Below, piece after piece: positions 1 to 10,027 of a stretch of 64,000 nucleotides of DNA; positions within the stretch are counted from its first letter, which is position 1, and each line of letters opens with the position of its first letter. Below the pieces are notes generated by a model. The model ran no database searches. It saw only the letters and a list, made by a program, of their open reading frames with translations, and was not told the origin of the DNA. The position numbers and the translations under genes were made by a program. This stretch comes from an uncultured cyanobacterium (lineage in GTDB: Bacteria; Cyanobacteriota; Cyanobacteriia; PCC-9006; JAAUQQ01). The stretch is from NCBI GenBank assembly GCA_963718615.1, contig OY970368.1:1568001-1632000 (forward strand), read 5' to 3'.

Positions 1-258
1 AAAGCTTAGTCCACAGCCCAGGTCAAGGCATTGATCATTCTTTTTGGGTTTCGCCAGGTCCCAAAAGGGAGAGGCGATCTTGGCCTGGATTGTCCCCGCT
101 GCCCAGTCCTGGAACACCGGCATGGCCTCTATTTCCTCCGGCAGATCAAAGGATTTTCCCTGGTACTCCTGACTAAACCGACGCGCCACCGCACTAATTT
201 GGGCTGACACATCGACGCCCTTCGGAAATGCCGAAGACTCATCCCACAAATCCGCCAT
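1..258 (-). CDS. Class I SAM-dependent methyltransferase (5' part; runs off window start)
   Basis: Own translation from ATG at 258: MADLWDESSAF...SPFWDLAKPKKNDQCLDLGCGLSF, with SAM motif I LDLGCG; not in the ORF track because truncated. Confidence 0.75.
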   Translation of the reverse strand, partial: MADLWDESSAFPKGVDVSAQISAVARRFSQEYQGKSFDLPEEIEAMPVFQDWAAGTIQAKIASPFWDLAKPKKNDQCLDLGCGLSF

Positions 259-327
259 AGTTTTATCCTGTTCCTTGTCCTGGTGTCCTAGTACTGGGTT
301 GGGTTCTGTCAGATTGGCCGCTAGGAT

Positions 328-510
328 TTACCCCTTGAGCGCCTTTTGGAAATTTTGACGATAGGAGCGATTCGCCAACACTAACACCGGCCAGAGCGCC
401 GTCAGCATCAGCCGGTTGCCATTAAAGTTGGTGCGTCGGAACCCCCCCCAGAACTTGGCGGCTCCCCAGACATAAACCCCAACCCCAACCAAAAGCAGTA
501 AATAACCCAT
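328..510 (-). CDS. Small hypothetical membrane protein (60 aa)
   Basis: ATG preceded by AGGAGG; hydrophobic N-terminus; resembles a conserved small cyanobacterial protein. Confidence 0.7.
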   Translation of the reverse strand: MGYLLLLVGVGVYVWGAAKFWGGFRRTNFNGNRLMLTALWPVLVLANRSYRQNFQKALKG

Positions 511-753
511 TCACGCCTCCTTTGGATGAATCAATCCAATCAACAGATCAACATCAAGATAAACAAATCCGTGGGTAGGGTGCCCCTTGGTGTCTATCCT
601 TGACGCAAAGAAACATTACGTTTTGTGCCAGTTCCACAACCGAGATGGGGCGCTTGCTCACCCCAAACGTTGCCGCCTGGATCTCTACGTTAACCTACGA
701 ATAAGGGCGATCGCCCACCCACCTTTTGAACCACCTTTTTACCCGAGAGAGCT

Positions 754-3279
754 ATGCGCGCAGTACTGATGGCCGGGGGCTCCGGAACCAGGCTTCGGCC
801 CCTGACCTATGACCTGCCCAAACCCATGGTCCCGATTCTCAACCGACCCATTGCCCACCATATTGTCAATTTACTCAGACGTCACCAGATTACCGAAATC
901 ATTACCACGCTACATTTTCTGCCGGGGGTAATGCAGGACTATTTTCAGAATGGTCAGGACTTTGGCGTGCAGATGACCTATGAGGTGGAGGAAGACCAAC
1001 CCCTAGGAACGGCGGGCTGTGTCAAAAACTGCGCGGAGCTGTTGACTGATACGTTTGTGGTGATTAGTGGGGATAGTTTGACGGATTTTGATCTGACGGA
1101 GGCGATCGCCTTCCATCGTGCCAAGGGAGCCAAAGCCACGCTCATCCTCACCCGAGTCCCGAACCCCGTTGAGTTTGGCGTTGTCATCACCGATGCCGAG
1201 CATCGCATCCTGCGCTTTCTTGAAAAACCCTCCACCAGCGAAGTCTTCTCCGACACCGTCAACACCGGAGTTTATATTCTCGAACCGGAGGTGCTGGACT
1301 ATCTGCCGGAGGGCCGAGAGTCAGACTTCTCCAAGGACCTATTCCCGATGTTGCTGGGGCGAGGGGAGCCGATCTATGGCTACATCGCCGATGGCTATTG
1401 GTGCGATATCGGCCATCTCGAAGCCTATCGCCGCGCCCACTACGACTGTTTGACCGGTGCCGTCAAGCTCGAAAGCGGGTACCATCAGCAACGCGAAGGG
1501 CTATGGGTCGGCGCGAATACCTACATTGATGAAACGGCTCGGATTGAAACGCCGGTTTTGATTGGCGAGAACTGCCGGGTCGGGCCTCGGGTCCAGATTA
1601 GCGCCAACACCATCATTGGCGATAACGTCACCATTGGAGCCGATGCAATTTTGTCGCGCCCGGTGATTTGGAATGGTGTTTATATTGGCGAAGAAGTCAC
1701 GCTAGAGGCTTGCACGATCGCCCGAGGGGTCAGAATCGAACGACGAGCCCATATTTTAGAAGGTGTTGTTGTGGGGTCCTTATCAACCGTGGGTGAAGAA
1801 GCGCAAATTAGCCCCCATGTGCGGGTGTGGCCAAGCAAGCGGGTGGAGTCTGGGGCAACCCTCAATATCAATTTGATTTGGGGCCATACGGCCTATCGCA
1901 ATCTCTTCAGCCAGCGTGGGGTTTCGGGTCTGGCGAATATCGACATTACGCCGGAATTTGCAGTCAAGCTGGGGGCGGCCTTTGGGTCAACGTTGCCCCT
2001 AGGGTCCCAGGTCGCAGTCTCGCGGGACCAGCGCAGCATTGCGCGGATGCTATCGCGCGCCTTTATTTCCGGTCTCATGTCCGTGGGGATTCATGTCCAA
2101 GATCTGCGGGCCACAGCCATTCCCATTGCCCGCACCCTTGTGCCCACCCTAGGCGTCGAAGGGGGCGTACATATTCGGATTCACCCCGGTCGCCCGGACC
2201 ACATTCTGATTGAGTTTTTTGATGCCAAGGGGGTCAATCTCTCCAAGTCCCGCGAGAAAAAAATTGAAGGCACGTTTTTCAAGGAAGACCTCCGACGGGT
2301 TCAGGCCCATGAAATTGGCGATATTGTCTCCTCGGGGCAAATCATTGAAATCTACAGCCACGCCTTTGAGAAAAACCTCAATACCGCTGCTATCCGGTCC
2401 AGTCGTGCCAAGGTGGTGATTGACTATGCTTACTCGGTCTCAGGGGCAGTTTTGCCTCGACTCCTGGCCAAGTTTGGCGGCGATGCGGTGGTGCTCAATG
2501 CCAGTCTGCAACTATCGGTGCTTTCGGAAGCGGAACGGGAGGGCTTGCTGATTCAGTTGGGTCATGTGGTGGAAGCTCTGCGGGCACACTTTGGCGTGCA
2601 GGTGTCGGCCAATGGGGAACAGTTGATTCTTGTGGATGAGGCCGGAATTCCCATTCGGGGTGAGCAGTTGACTGCGCTCATGGTTCATACTATTTTGACT
2701 GCCCGTCCCCGTGGAACGGTGGTGGTACCGGTGAATGCGTCGAGTGCCATCGAGCAAATTGCCCGTCGCCACGATGGCCATGTGGTTCGGACTAAAGCCA
2801 ATCCGACGGCCCTCATGGAAGCCTGTTTGGCCCATACCAATGTGGTGATGGGCGGCAGTGGCGAAATGGGATTTATTTTTCCACAGCTCCATCCGGGGTT
2901 TGACTCGATGTTTTGCATTGCCAAGCTCATGGAAATGCTGACGATTCAAGAGCGCTCCCTGGGGCAAATTCGCACCGAGTTGCCGAATATGTTCCACCGT
3001 CGCTATACGATTCGCTGTCCCTGGAACGATAAGGGGCGATTGATGCGCTATTTGATTGAGATTAATCCGGCGGAATGCGTAGAGCTGATTGATGGGGTGA
3101 AAATTTGGGATTATCCTCACGATCGCTGGGTGTTGATTTTGCCGGATGCGGGTGAGCCCTTGGTGCATATTTATGCAGATGGTGAGGACCGGGAATGGGT
3201 TGACCGCAGTTTACAAAACTACCGCGAACGCATTCAAAACTTCGTGGACCAGACCCATGAAGTCGGGGGCGCGGTGTAG
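754..3279 (+). CDS. Mannose-1-phosphate guanylyltransferase-like NDP-sugar synthase fused to hexapeptide repeats and a phosphoglucomutase-like region
   Basis: MRAVLMAGGSGTRLRPLT..PKPM nucleotidyltransferase motif, LbH repeats, C-terminal PGM/PMM-like domains. Confidence 0.9.
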   Translation: MRAVLMAGGSGTRLRPLTYDLPKPMVPILNRPIAHHIVNLLRRHQITEIITTLHFLPGVMQDYFQNGQDFGVQMTYEVEEDQPLGTAGCVKNCAELLTDTFVVISGDSLTDFDLTEAIAFHRAKGAKATLILTRVPNPVEFGVVITDAEHRILRFLEKPSTSEVFSDTVNTGVYILEPEVLDYLPEGRESDFSKDLFPMLLGRGEPIYGYIADGYWCDIGHLEAYRRAHYDCLTGAVKLESGYHQQREGLWVGANTYIDETARIETPVLIGENCRVGPRVQISANTIIGDNVTIGADAILSRPVIWNGVYIGEEVTLEACTIARGVRIERRAHILEGVVVGSLSTVGEEAQISPHVRVWPSKRVESGATLNINLIWGHTAYRNLFSQRGVSGLANIDITPEFAVKLGAAFGSTLPLGSQVAVSRDQRSIARMLSRAFISGLMSVGIHVQDLRATAIPIARTLVPTLGVEGGVHIRIHPGRPDHILIEFFDAKGVNLSKSREKKIEGTFFKEDLRRVQAHEIGDIVSSGQIIEIYSHAFEKNLNTAAIRSSRAKVVIDYAYSVSGAVLPRLLAKFGGDAVVLNASLQLSVLSEAEREGLLIQLGHVVEALRAHFGVQVSANGEQLILVDEAGIPIRGEQLTALMVHTILTARPRGTVVVPVNASSAIEQIARRHDGHVVRTKANPTALMEACLAHTNVVMGGSGEMGFIFPQLHPGFDSMFCIAKLMEMLTIQERSLGQIRTELPNMFHRRYTIRCPWNDKGRLMRYLIEINPAECVELIDGVKIWDYPHDRWVLILPDAGEPLVHIYADGEDREWVDRSLQNYRERIQNFVDQTHEVGGAV

Positions 3280-3328
3280 GATCGAGGCAGAGACAAACGA
3301 GATTCGTGGGAAAAAGGACGAAGGCGCG

Positions 3329-3757
3329 ATGAATCAATGCATTCTCATGGCTGAGGTTGTACAGGCCCCTCAACTTCGCTATACCCAAGATAATCAAACG
3401 GCAGTGGCCGAGTTGATGATTCAATTTCCGGGGCTGCGGCCTGAGGACCCAGCGACGACGATGAAGGCGGTGGGCTGGGGCAATTTGGCGCAGGAAATCC
3501 AGGAACGCTGTCAGATGGGCGATCGCTTCGTGTTCGAAGGTCGGCTGCGCATGAGCACGGTGGATCGGCCCGAGGGCTTTAAGGAAAAACAGGCGGAACT
3601 GACGATTAGCAAGGTTTATTCCCTCAGTGGCGAAGACCCCGTGGCCCGCCCAGCCAGTGCTCCTGGTCCAGCGGTGGCAACAACAAGCAGTCGACCCGCC
3701 CCTAAACCAGCGGCTCCCTCGGCTCCGGAACCGGATTATGACGATATTCCGTTTTAG
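3329..3757 (+). CDS. ssb: Single-stranded DNA-binding protein
   Basis: OB-fold start MNQCILMAEVVQAPQLRYTQD, EGRL motif, acidic tail DYDDIPF; ATG at 3329 preferred over 3146. Confidence 0.85.
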   Translation: MNQCILMAEVVQAPQLRYTQDNQTAVAELMIQFPGLRPEDPATTMKAVGWGNLAQEIQERCQMGDRFVFEGRLRMSTVDRPEGFKEKQAELTISKVYSLSGEDPVARPASAPGPAVATTSSRPAPKPAAPSAPEPDYDDIPF

Positions 3758-4605
3758 AGTCGGGCCAAACCCACACCGACGAGGGCAAGGAAAACCAGGC
3801 CCATTATCCCTGCGAGCAAATAGCCGCCCATTCCCGTAACCCAGGCCGGAACCTTGCCCGTGGGTTGGATGGCTTGGAGGGTATCGAGACTGGCGATCGC
3901 CCAAACCCATCCCCCATGGAGACCGATCGCCAGACCCAAATTCCCTTGTCTGGCATAGGCCAAGGACAACACCATCCCCAAGAGCCACAGCCCTGGGAGC
4001 TGGGGGACCACATTTTGCCAACGGTCCCAGGGAAAATGGAGTAGGGCAAACAGGAGGTTGGCGATCGCCACGATTCCCCATCCCCCTAACGATCCAATCT
4101 CACCCAGAGATCCAATCCCAAAATAGCTGAACAAGGCTGGCAAACTCACGGGAACGAATCCACGAAAAACAATCTCCTCAACTCCACTGATGAAGAGGGC
4201 GATCGCCAAAACGAGAGGAGCCGTTTTGAGCAGTTGATCCGGGTCAAGGGTGAAGGTAATCCAGCCTAGGGACCATGCCAGCCCCCACAGCAAAGCCAGA
4301 CTGAGCAGTGCCAAGCCCAGCCCCGTCAAAATTCCAAAGCCAAACGTCAAAGTCCAAGAGCTGCCGTAGTCAGACCAGGGGTGATGCCCAAAGCAGGTTA
4401 GGAGCCCCAGCAGCGGTAGTGCGAAAACGTAGAGCGAGAGAACGAGCGGAATCTTTTGTTCTGGCCTAGGCGGTTGGGGAAAAGCCCAACCCAGTCGATA
4501 TCCTAGCCAAATGCCCCAAGGTATCCAGAGGAGCAGCCAACTGAGAAAAAAGAAAACTAGACTGAACGGTTCGAGGCGATCGCCCATGTCCACCGCTTCT
4601 AGCAC
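3754..4605 (-). CDS. CPBP family intramembrane glutamic endopeptidase (CAAX protease-like)
   Basis: EEIVFRG, FALLH and AIGLHGGW motifs; multiple TM segments. Confidence 0.85.
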   Translation of the reverse strand: MLEAVDMGDRLEPFSLVFFFLSWLLLWIPWGIWLGYRLGWAFPQPPRPEQKIPLVLSLYVFALPLLGLLTCFGHHPWSDYGSSWTLTFGFGILTGLGLALLSLALLWGLAWSLGWITFTLDPDQLLKTAPLVLAIALFISGVEEIVFRGFVPVSLPALFSYFGIGSLGEIGSLGGWGIVAIANLLFALLHFPWDRWQNVVPQLPGLWLLGMVLSLAYARQGNLGLAIGLHGGWVWAIASLDTLQAIQPTGKVPAWVTGMGGYLLAGIMGLVFLALVGVGLARL

Positions 4606-4623
4606 GAGCCTCCAACACGGCCC

Positions 4624-4818
4624 CTAGGCAGCGGTTTCCATCCAGTCATAGATCTTTTCAAGTTGTTCGAGCGTAATCAGTCCATAGCGCCACAAAATCA
4701 TATGTAGCGGCCCTGGATCCTGTTCAGACTGCCTAAGCGCCATGGAAATTGACGCCGAGGACAGATCTAGCTCTTCTTGCAAAAATTCAATTAGTCGAGC
4801 ATAAGATGCAGATGCCAT
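4624..4818 (-). CDS. DUF2949 family small protein
   Basis: LIEFLQEEL...MILWRYGLITLEQLEKIYDW pattern; AGGAGGT RBS. Confidence 0.85.
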   Translation of the reverse strand: MASASYARLIEFLQEELDLSSASISMALRQSEQDPGPLHMILWRYGLITLEQLEKIYDWMETAA

Positions 4819-5213
4819 CTGTCCTCACCTCCTTTGGTTTGCTCCAGAAAATGATCAACAATGAATTGGGTTGGCCTATTTTAGCGGCCTTGGATTAGAT
4901 CTTGCATGAAGGTTAACTAGCTTAACCTCTGTCCGGGGAGAGGGGCTAGACCCTCTCTCCTGCTTCTTGCAATACAATGCAACACAAATATACAGAGACA
5001 ATCAACAGAGACAATCCAGCTTGTTCCTGAAAGATCACGCCTGAAAGATCGCCTCTCAAGAGTGCTCCCTTGACCTGAATTTGAGTGGGGGTCAGTTAAA
5101 CCTTGGCAGAGAATACACCCTAACGAGGTCGTATTACGCAAATTACGCAAAGATCAGGTCTAGATTTTGCCACAGAACTTGCAAGATATCGAAAGGTATC
5201 GCTCAAAACAGGA

Positions 5214-7742
5214 TTAGCCATGCTCAAGCAATAGGCCCTGACGCTCCTGCAAAACTAGGCCCCGTAAATCTTCTAGGGTTTTGAGTTCTAGGCCGGGAGA
5301 CGCGATCGCCAATCGCCACTCATCCAAATCGAGCTGAAGCCAATCAGCCAGAGCCGTTTGGGCCGGTTCCCCTCCCATGTGGGCTAAAAAGGCAACTTGC
5401 TTAAACTGAGCCGCTGCAATCGGGCTAGAGTGAGCCGGACTGGGTTGGGTGCGAACGCCATAGAACAACGTATGTCCAGCCTCGCTGATTCGGTTGAACC
5501 GATCCGTTGCCGAGAGATTTTGGCTCAGCCAGGGATTGTTTTTGCGGTACTGACGCAGGGCTAGGTTAAACCGGCTGCGATCGCCATCCACCGTCTCAAA
5601 ATAGTGAGAGACTCGACAAAACTCGTGCCCCTCCTCCATGAAGATACGGGCAAAGGTCTGGAGCGCAGCCGCATCCAAGGATAGAAAAAAGGATTGAACC
5701 TCTGGGCTAGCTTCAGCCAGAGCAGTTGTCCCCCAAGCTTGGCAGAATTGAGCCACTTGATCGAGGTCGTACTCTTGCTTCTCCATGGCGATCGCCAACT
5801 GCTGGCCAAAGGCTTTGAGTGCCGCCAAACTTTTGAAGCCTAACTGCTTGAGTTGGGGGAAAAACTCGGGGCGATCGTATAACGCTGGCGTCACTTGCCA
5901 ATCCCAAAAACCCAGCTCTTCCATCGCCACCTTCACGCCATACAGATCGTCCGTGTTGCGAAAAAAGCCCCAGCCGCTGTGCATCAGCGCATTCAAAAAG
6001 TCCATGGGGAGGCCAGGGCTAAAGCCATAGGTCCAGAGCGTTGTGGCGGGATTGTCATAGGCATTGTTAAGGACTTCTGGCAGGGTCTGACCCAGATTCC
6101 AATTAATGTCGGTATCAATGGGAATTTGATTGCCCCGGCGGACGGTGTCGTGGTTGGCGCAGCCGGTGATCCAGCGATCGCCCTGCATCATCACTTCACA
6201 AACCCGAGACCACTTATAATCCCAAAATCCCTTCAGCGTCGGCGTATTGTGAGCAAAAATTAGCGGTCCCCACTGAAAGGCATCGGGCCGCAGCTCAATT
6301 AAATCTCGGTAAGTAGAGGTCGTTTCCCAACCCTCCGCAGGCCAAGGTCGCCCATCTTCAAAAATCGTAAACAGCAACCGTTTATGGCCCTGAATCGTTT
6401 GCACCCCATCGCTCATCGCCAGCAAATAGGCATTGTCATATTCGATCCGTCCAGAAAGGGGGTTAAAAAAGCGAAAGTCCTGCCCCCCGTCAATGCGAAT
6501 GCCATCTACCCCTGTGTTGATTTTACGGCGCTGCATTTCTAAAAGTAAGGCCCGCACCATCGGTAAGGTGTGACAAATATCTTGGCCATACATATTGGGT
6601 CCCGCTAAAAACTGGCGACTCACCAACTCCAGCGCTTGATTATCCGCATGGCCATAGACCAAGTCATAAATCACCTGAATCGGTTGTCCCGGAAAAGTAT
6701 GCAGCGTCGCAATAAAGTCAATGACCTCATCGGGACGTAGGCTGCTGAGCAGTGCCGGATTGGTGGTAGAGCTGCCCAAAAGCGGCACATCGTAGCCCCA
6801 ATTTTGGGTATTGGGTCGTCGGAGCTGAATCGTCAGGGGATCGGGGATGCAGACAGGACCTTGGTGGGCGGAGAACTCGGTGGCGATCGCAAAAAAATCT
6901 GGACTGGCCGGTTCGTTTTCCGTTCGAGAGGAACGAAACTCAATGGTGGGCTCCGTCGGCAGCAGTTGAACTGCGTCATAGCCGATATAGTTCTGTTCGC
7001 TGGGACTGGGGGTCTCACCCCGCTCCAGCTTGGCCGCAATTTGGCGATATATCTCGGTCAGTCCTGCTAGCGTTCCAGCTTCAGAGGCAGTCGGCACATG
7101 AATTTGCAAAATACTGACCGGGGCTGACGCCCGAGGGAGAGCCGGTTCTAGGCCTGTTGCAGCGGGAATCACAGGCGGTTGCTCCGCCTGCTGAGCCAAA
7201 TAGGCCAAATCGGCTCGCTCGCGCTGCATGGCTTCAAAGTCATAGAGTTCTGCTGGAGCAAAGATCCCATAGGGTAAGGAATAGGGCACCATATCGCGCA
7301 CGGTGCGCCAAGCTCCATCCCCAGGATCTTGATACCGTAGCCAATACAGCGAGCCCAAGGTCTGCCGCTGCCCCACTTGCAGGCCTGCCACTACAGCCCA
7401 GACAAATTCCCATTGAACCGGCACAGGTACACAATCATAGCGAAATCGAAGAATCTGTTCCGAGGCCAGCCAATCTACGGGATCAAGGGGGGTAAAAACT
7501 TCCAGGTACACCTCTTGAGCCGTTGGCGTAATTTGTGCAGCCAGCTCTGGTACCCAAAAACCAAATTCAGTTAAACCATCGGGTCGAGGATGTGCTCCTA
7601 GTCGGTGGGACAGTTGCCGCCCAATTTCAAAATAGGGAATTCCAGAATCAGCAATTTTTGCGGCCCAATCGAGGAATTGATGGGTTTCGATAGTTTGAAG
7701 CTGGATTGCAGTGGAGGATTGTGTGAGGGTTTGATCGATCAT
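5214..7742 (-). CDS. gghA: Glucosylglycerol hydrolase (alpha-amylase-like GH13 fold)
   Basis: NWGYD, DLVYGH, DGIRIDG and ANHD motifs; divergent from ggpS; start uncertain (ATG 7742 vs TTG 7808). Confidence 0.85.
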   Translation of the reverse strand: MIDQTLTQSSTAIQLQTIETHQFLDWAAKIADSGIPYFEIGRQLSHRLGAHPRPDGLTEFGFWVPELAAQITPTAQEVYLEVFTPLDPVDWLASEQILRFRYDCVPVPVQWEFVWAVVAGLQVGQRQTLGSLYWLRYQDPGDGAWRTVRDMVPYSLPYGIFAPAELYDFEAMQRERADLAYLAQQAEQPPVIPAATGLEPALPRASAPVSILQIHVPTASEAGTLAGLTEIYRQIAAKLERGETPSPSEQNYIGYDAVQLLPTEPTIEFRSSRTENEPASPDFFAIATEFSAHQGPVCIPDPLTIQLRRPNTQNWGYDVPLLGSSTTNPALLSSLRPDEVIDFIATLHTFPGQPIQVIYDLVYGHADNQALELVSRQFLAGPNMYGQDICHTLPMVRALLLEMQRRKINTGVDGIRIDGGQDFRFFNPLSGRIEYDNAYLLAMSDGVQTIQGHKRLLFTIFEDGRPWPAEGWETTSTYRDLIELRPDAFQWGPLIFAHNTPTLKGFWDYKWSRVCEVMMQGDRWITGCANHDTVRRGNQIPIDTDINWNLGQTLPEVLNNAYDNPATTLWTYGFSPGLPMDFLNALMHSGWGFFRNTDDLYGVKVAMEELGFWDWQVTPALYDRPEFFPQLKQLGFKSLAALKAFGQQLAIAMEKQEYDLDQVAQFCQAWGTTALAEASPEVQSFFLSLDAAALQTFARIFMEEGHEFCRVSHYFETVDGDRSRFNLALRQYRKNNPWLSQNLSATDRFNRISEAGHTLFYGVRTQPSPAHSSPIAAAQFKQVAFLAHMGGEPAQTALADWLQLDLDEWRLAIASPGLELKTLEDLRGLVLQERQGLLLEHG

Positions 7743-8385
7743 TCCTAGGAGGTTGAATTCTGTATTCTCTGCTTGGTAAGCATTGCAAGGTAGAAGCTGC
7801 AAAGCCAAGCTGGACTGATCGCAGAGGGCTCAATTTGCCTATTTTCGCTCATACAACTCTGAGAATGATTGATGGTCTGGTGAGAACTTGGATGGGCGAT
7901 TGAGCCTCGAACTTGCAATCACTTAGTCTTAGTTTAGAAGTTATCGCATTTCAAACGATTGAGCTTAATTGCCCACAGGATGTTACAATCTGCACGGACA
8001 ATGCTGTTTCCTACACCAGTCCCTTTGTCTGATGCCTTTAAATTCCCATTTTGCCTTGCAGCTGGGTCAGATAGGCTTTGAACGAAGTTACTGTTGTAGC
8101 TCAGTTGTGCCAAAGTCGTGACAGGGATGAATCGGCAATAAAATTTGATTTTCAATCTGATTTTGTAATCCGTTTGTGATCCATGGCTACTGCTTCTGGG
8201 AGCCCATGGATAGTCTGTCTGAGCGTTAGATTTAGGTCAAGCCTAGAAGTGATCTAGGCAAGGTTTTGTGTTGTCTAATTTGCGTTTAATTTCGGTCAAG
8301 CGAGGGGCTGGAGTGGTCGCCTATGGCAGCGATCGCCACTGTCTTCTTGTACCGTTTTAAGCTCAACTCTAAGAGGAAACTGCTG

Positions 8386-9921
8386 ATGAAATCCACGTTA
8401 TCTTCGCTGGTTATTCTCTACCATCGTGAACCCTATGATGAGGTGGTAGAGGATGGAAAAACCTACTATCGCGAGAAGAAAAGCCCCAACGGAATTTTAC
8501 CAACGCTCAAAAGCTTCTTCTCAAATGCGCAGCAAAGTACCTGGATTGCCTGGAAGCAGGTGAACCCAAAAGAGAGCACGGCATTTCAAGCTCGCATGAC
8601 CTTTGACGGCAATCCTAATGGCCTAGTGCGGCGCATTCCCCTGGATGCCGAACAGGTCAAAAATTTCTATCACATCACGTCAAAAGAAGCCTTCTGGCCG
8701 ATTCTACACTCGTTCCCCTGGCAGTTTACCTACGATTCTTCCGATTGGGAAAACTTTCGGCAAATTAATCAACAGTTTGCAGAGGCCGCTTGCGAAGACG
8801 CCGCAGACGATGCCCTCATTTGGATCCACGACTACAATCTTTGGCTTGCGCCCTACTATATTCGGCAGCAGCGACCCAACGCCAAAATTGTCTTTTTCCA
8901 TCACACACCATTTCCATCAGCCGATATTTTCAATATCCTCCCCTGGAGAGAAGCCATTGTAGACAGTTTGTTGTGCTGCGATGTTTGTGGATTTCATATT
9001 CCTCGCTATGTGGAGAATTTTGTCGGGGTCGCTCGTAGTTTACGAGACATTGAAATCCTGCGACGGGAACCTGTGCCTTCTGTATTTACGCCCAGCGGAA
9101 CGGCGCTAGCAGAACCTGAAATGACCACTCATATTCGCTACAAAGCTCAGACGGTTCATCTAAATGCCTTTCCTGTAGGAACAAATCCGGCGCAATTGCG
9201 GGCGATCGTTGAACGGCCTGAGGTCCAGCAGCGAGCGGTAGAGATTAAAGCGGAAATGAGTAATTCCGCTGAACAATCTCCGCGCGATCGCAAACTGATT
9301 GTCTCCGCCGGTCGGGTGGACTATGTGAAAGGTACCAAGGAAATGTTGCTTTGCTATGAACGGTTGCTCGATCGTCAACCTGAACTGCAGGGCAAAATTA
9401 ATCTTGTGGTAGCAGTCGCGAAGCCTGCGACGGGAATGCGGGTTTATCACACCGCTCAAAGCGAAATTGAACAATTGGTGGGCAAAATTAATGGCCGCTT
9501 TGCCAAGCTGGACTGGAGGCCGATTGTCTTGTTTACCTCAGCCCTGCCCCAAGAAGAAATTTTGGCGCTCTACAAGGCTGCGGACATTGCCTGGATTACG
9601 CCGCTGCGGGATGGGCTAAACCTCGTCGCGAAAGAATATGTGGTGGCCAAGGGCGGCAAAGCTGGAGTCTTAGTCTTCTCTGAATTTGCGGGGGCGGCGG
9701 TGGAGTTGCCTGATGCGATTTTGACCAATCCCTATGCGGATAGCAAGATGGATGCGGCGATTGATCAAGCCTTAGCGATGGACCCGCAGGAACAACAGGA
9801 GCGCATGGGCCGGATGTATGCAGCGATTCAGGCTTACGATGTCGATCGCTGGGCGCAAGAGTTACTCGGGGCCGTCAAGTCAACCCAGACAATCCGTCAG
9901 GAAGCACTGGCCGCAGTCTAG
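8386..9921 (+). CDS. ggpS: Glucosylglycerol-phosphate synthase (GT20)
   Basis: SLVILYHREPYDE, IWIHDYNL, GRVDYVKG and PLRDGLNLVAKEY motifs; GAGGA RBS before ATG 8386. Confidence 0.93.
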   Translation: MKSTLSSLVILYHREPYDEVVEDGKTYYREKKSPNGILPTLKSFFSNAQQSTWIAWKQVNPKESTAFQARMTFDGNPNGLVRRIPLDAEQVKNFYHITSKEAFWPILHSFPWQFTYDSSDWENFRQINQQFAEAACEDAADDALIWIHDYNLWLAPYYIRQQRPNAKIVFFHHTPFPSADIFNILPWREAIVDSLLCCDVCGFHIPRYVENFVGVARSLRDIEILRREPVPSVFTPSGTALAEPEMTTHIRYKAQTVHLNAFPVGTNPAQLRAIVERPEVQQRAVEIKAEMSNSAEQSPRDRKLIVSAGRVDYVKGTKEMLLCYERLLDRQPELQGKINLVVAVAKPATGMRVYHTAQSEIEQLVGKINGRFAKLDWRPIVLFTSALPQEEILALYKAADIAWITPLRDGLNLVAKEYVVAKGGKAGVLVFSEFAGAAVELPDAILTNPYADSKMDAAIDQALAMDPQEQQERMGRMYAAIQAYDVDRWAQELLGAVKSTQTIRQEALAAV

Positions 9922-10027
9922 GTTTTCGCTTAGGGTGTGAAAGCGTCGGTTGGGGTTTGTTGGGGTTTACTGTACTTGACCCGACCTACGGATAATTTCG
10001 ATCTTGGCGTTATACCTGCAATTTTCC

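Noticed and set aside
3062-4081. 339-aa minus-strand ORF
   Set aside because: Overlaps three well-supported genes and has no recognisable motif
3754-4605. Abortive-infection defence gene
   Set aside because: The 'Abi' label of CPBP proteases is historical; the context is housekeeping
7934-8155. Small ORF in the ggpS promoter region as a GgpR-like repressor
   Set aside because: TTG start, no RBS and no similarity I can recognise; unsupported without a search
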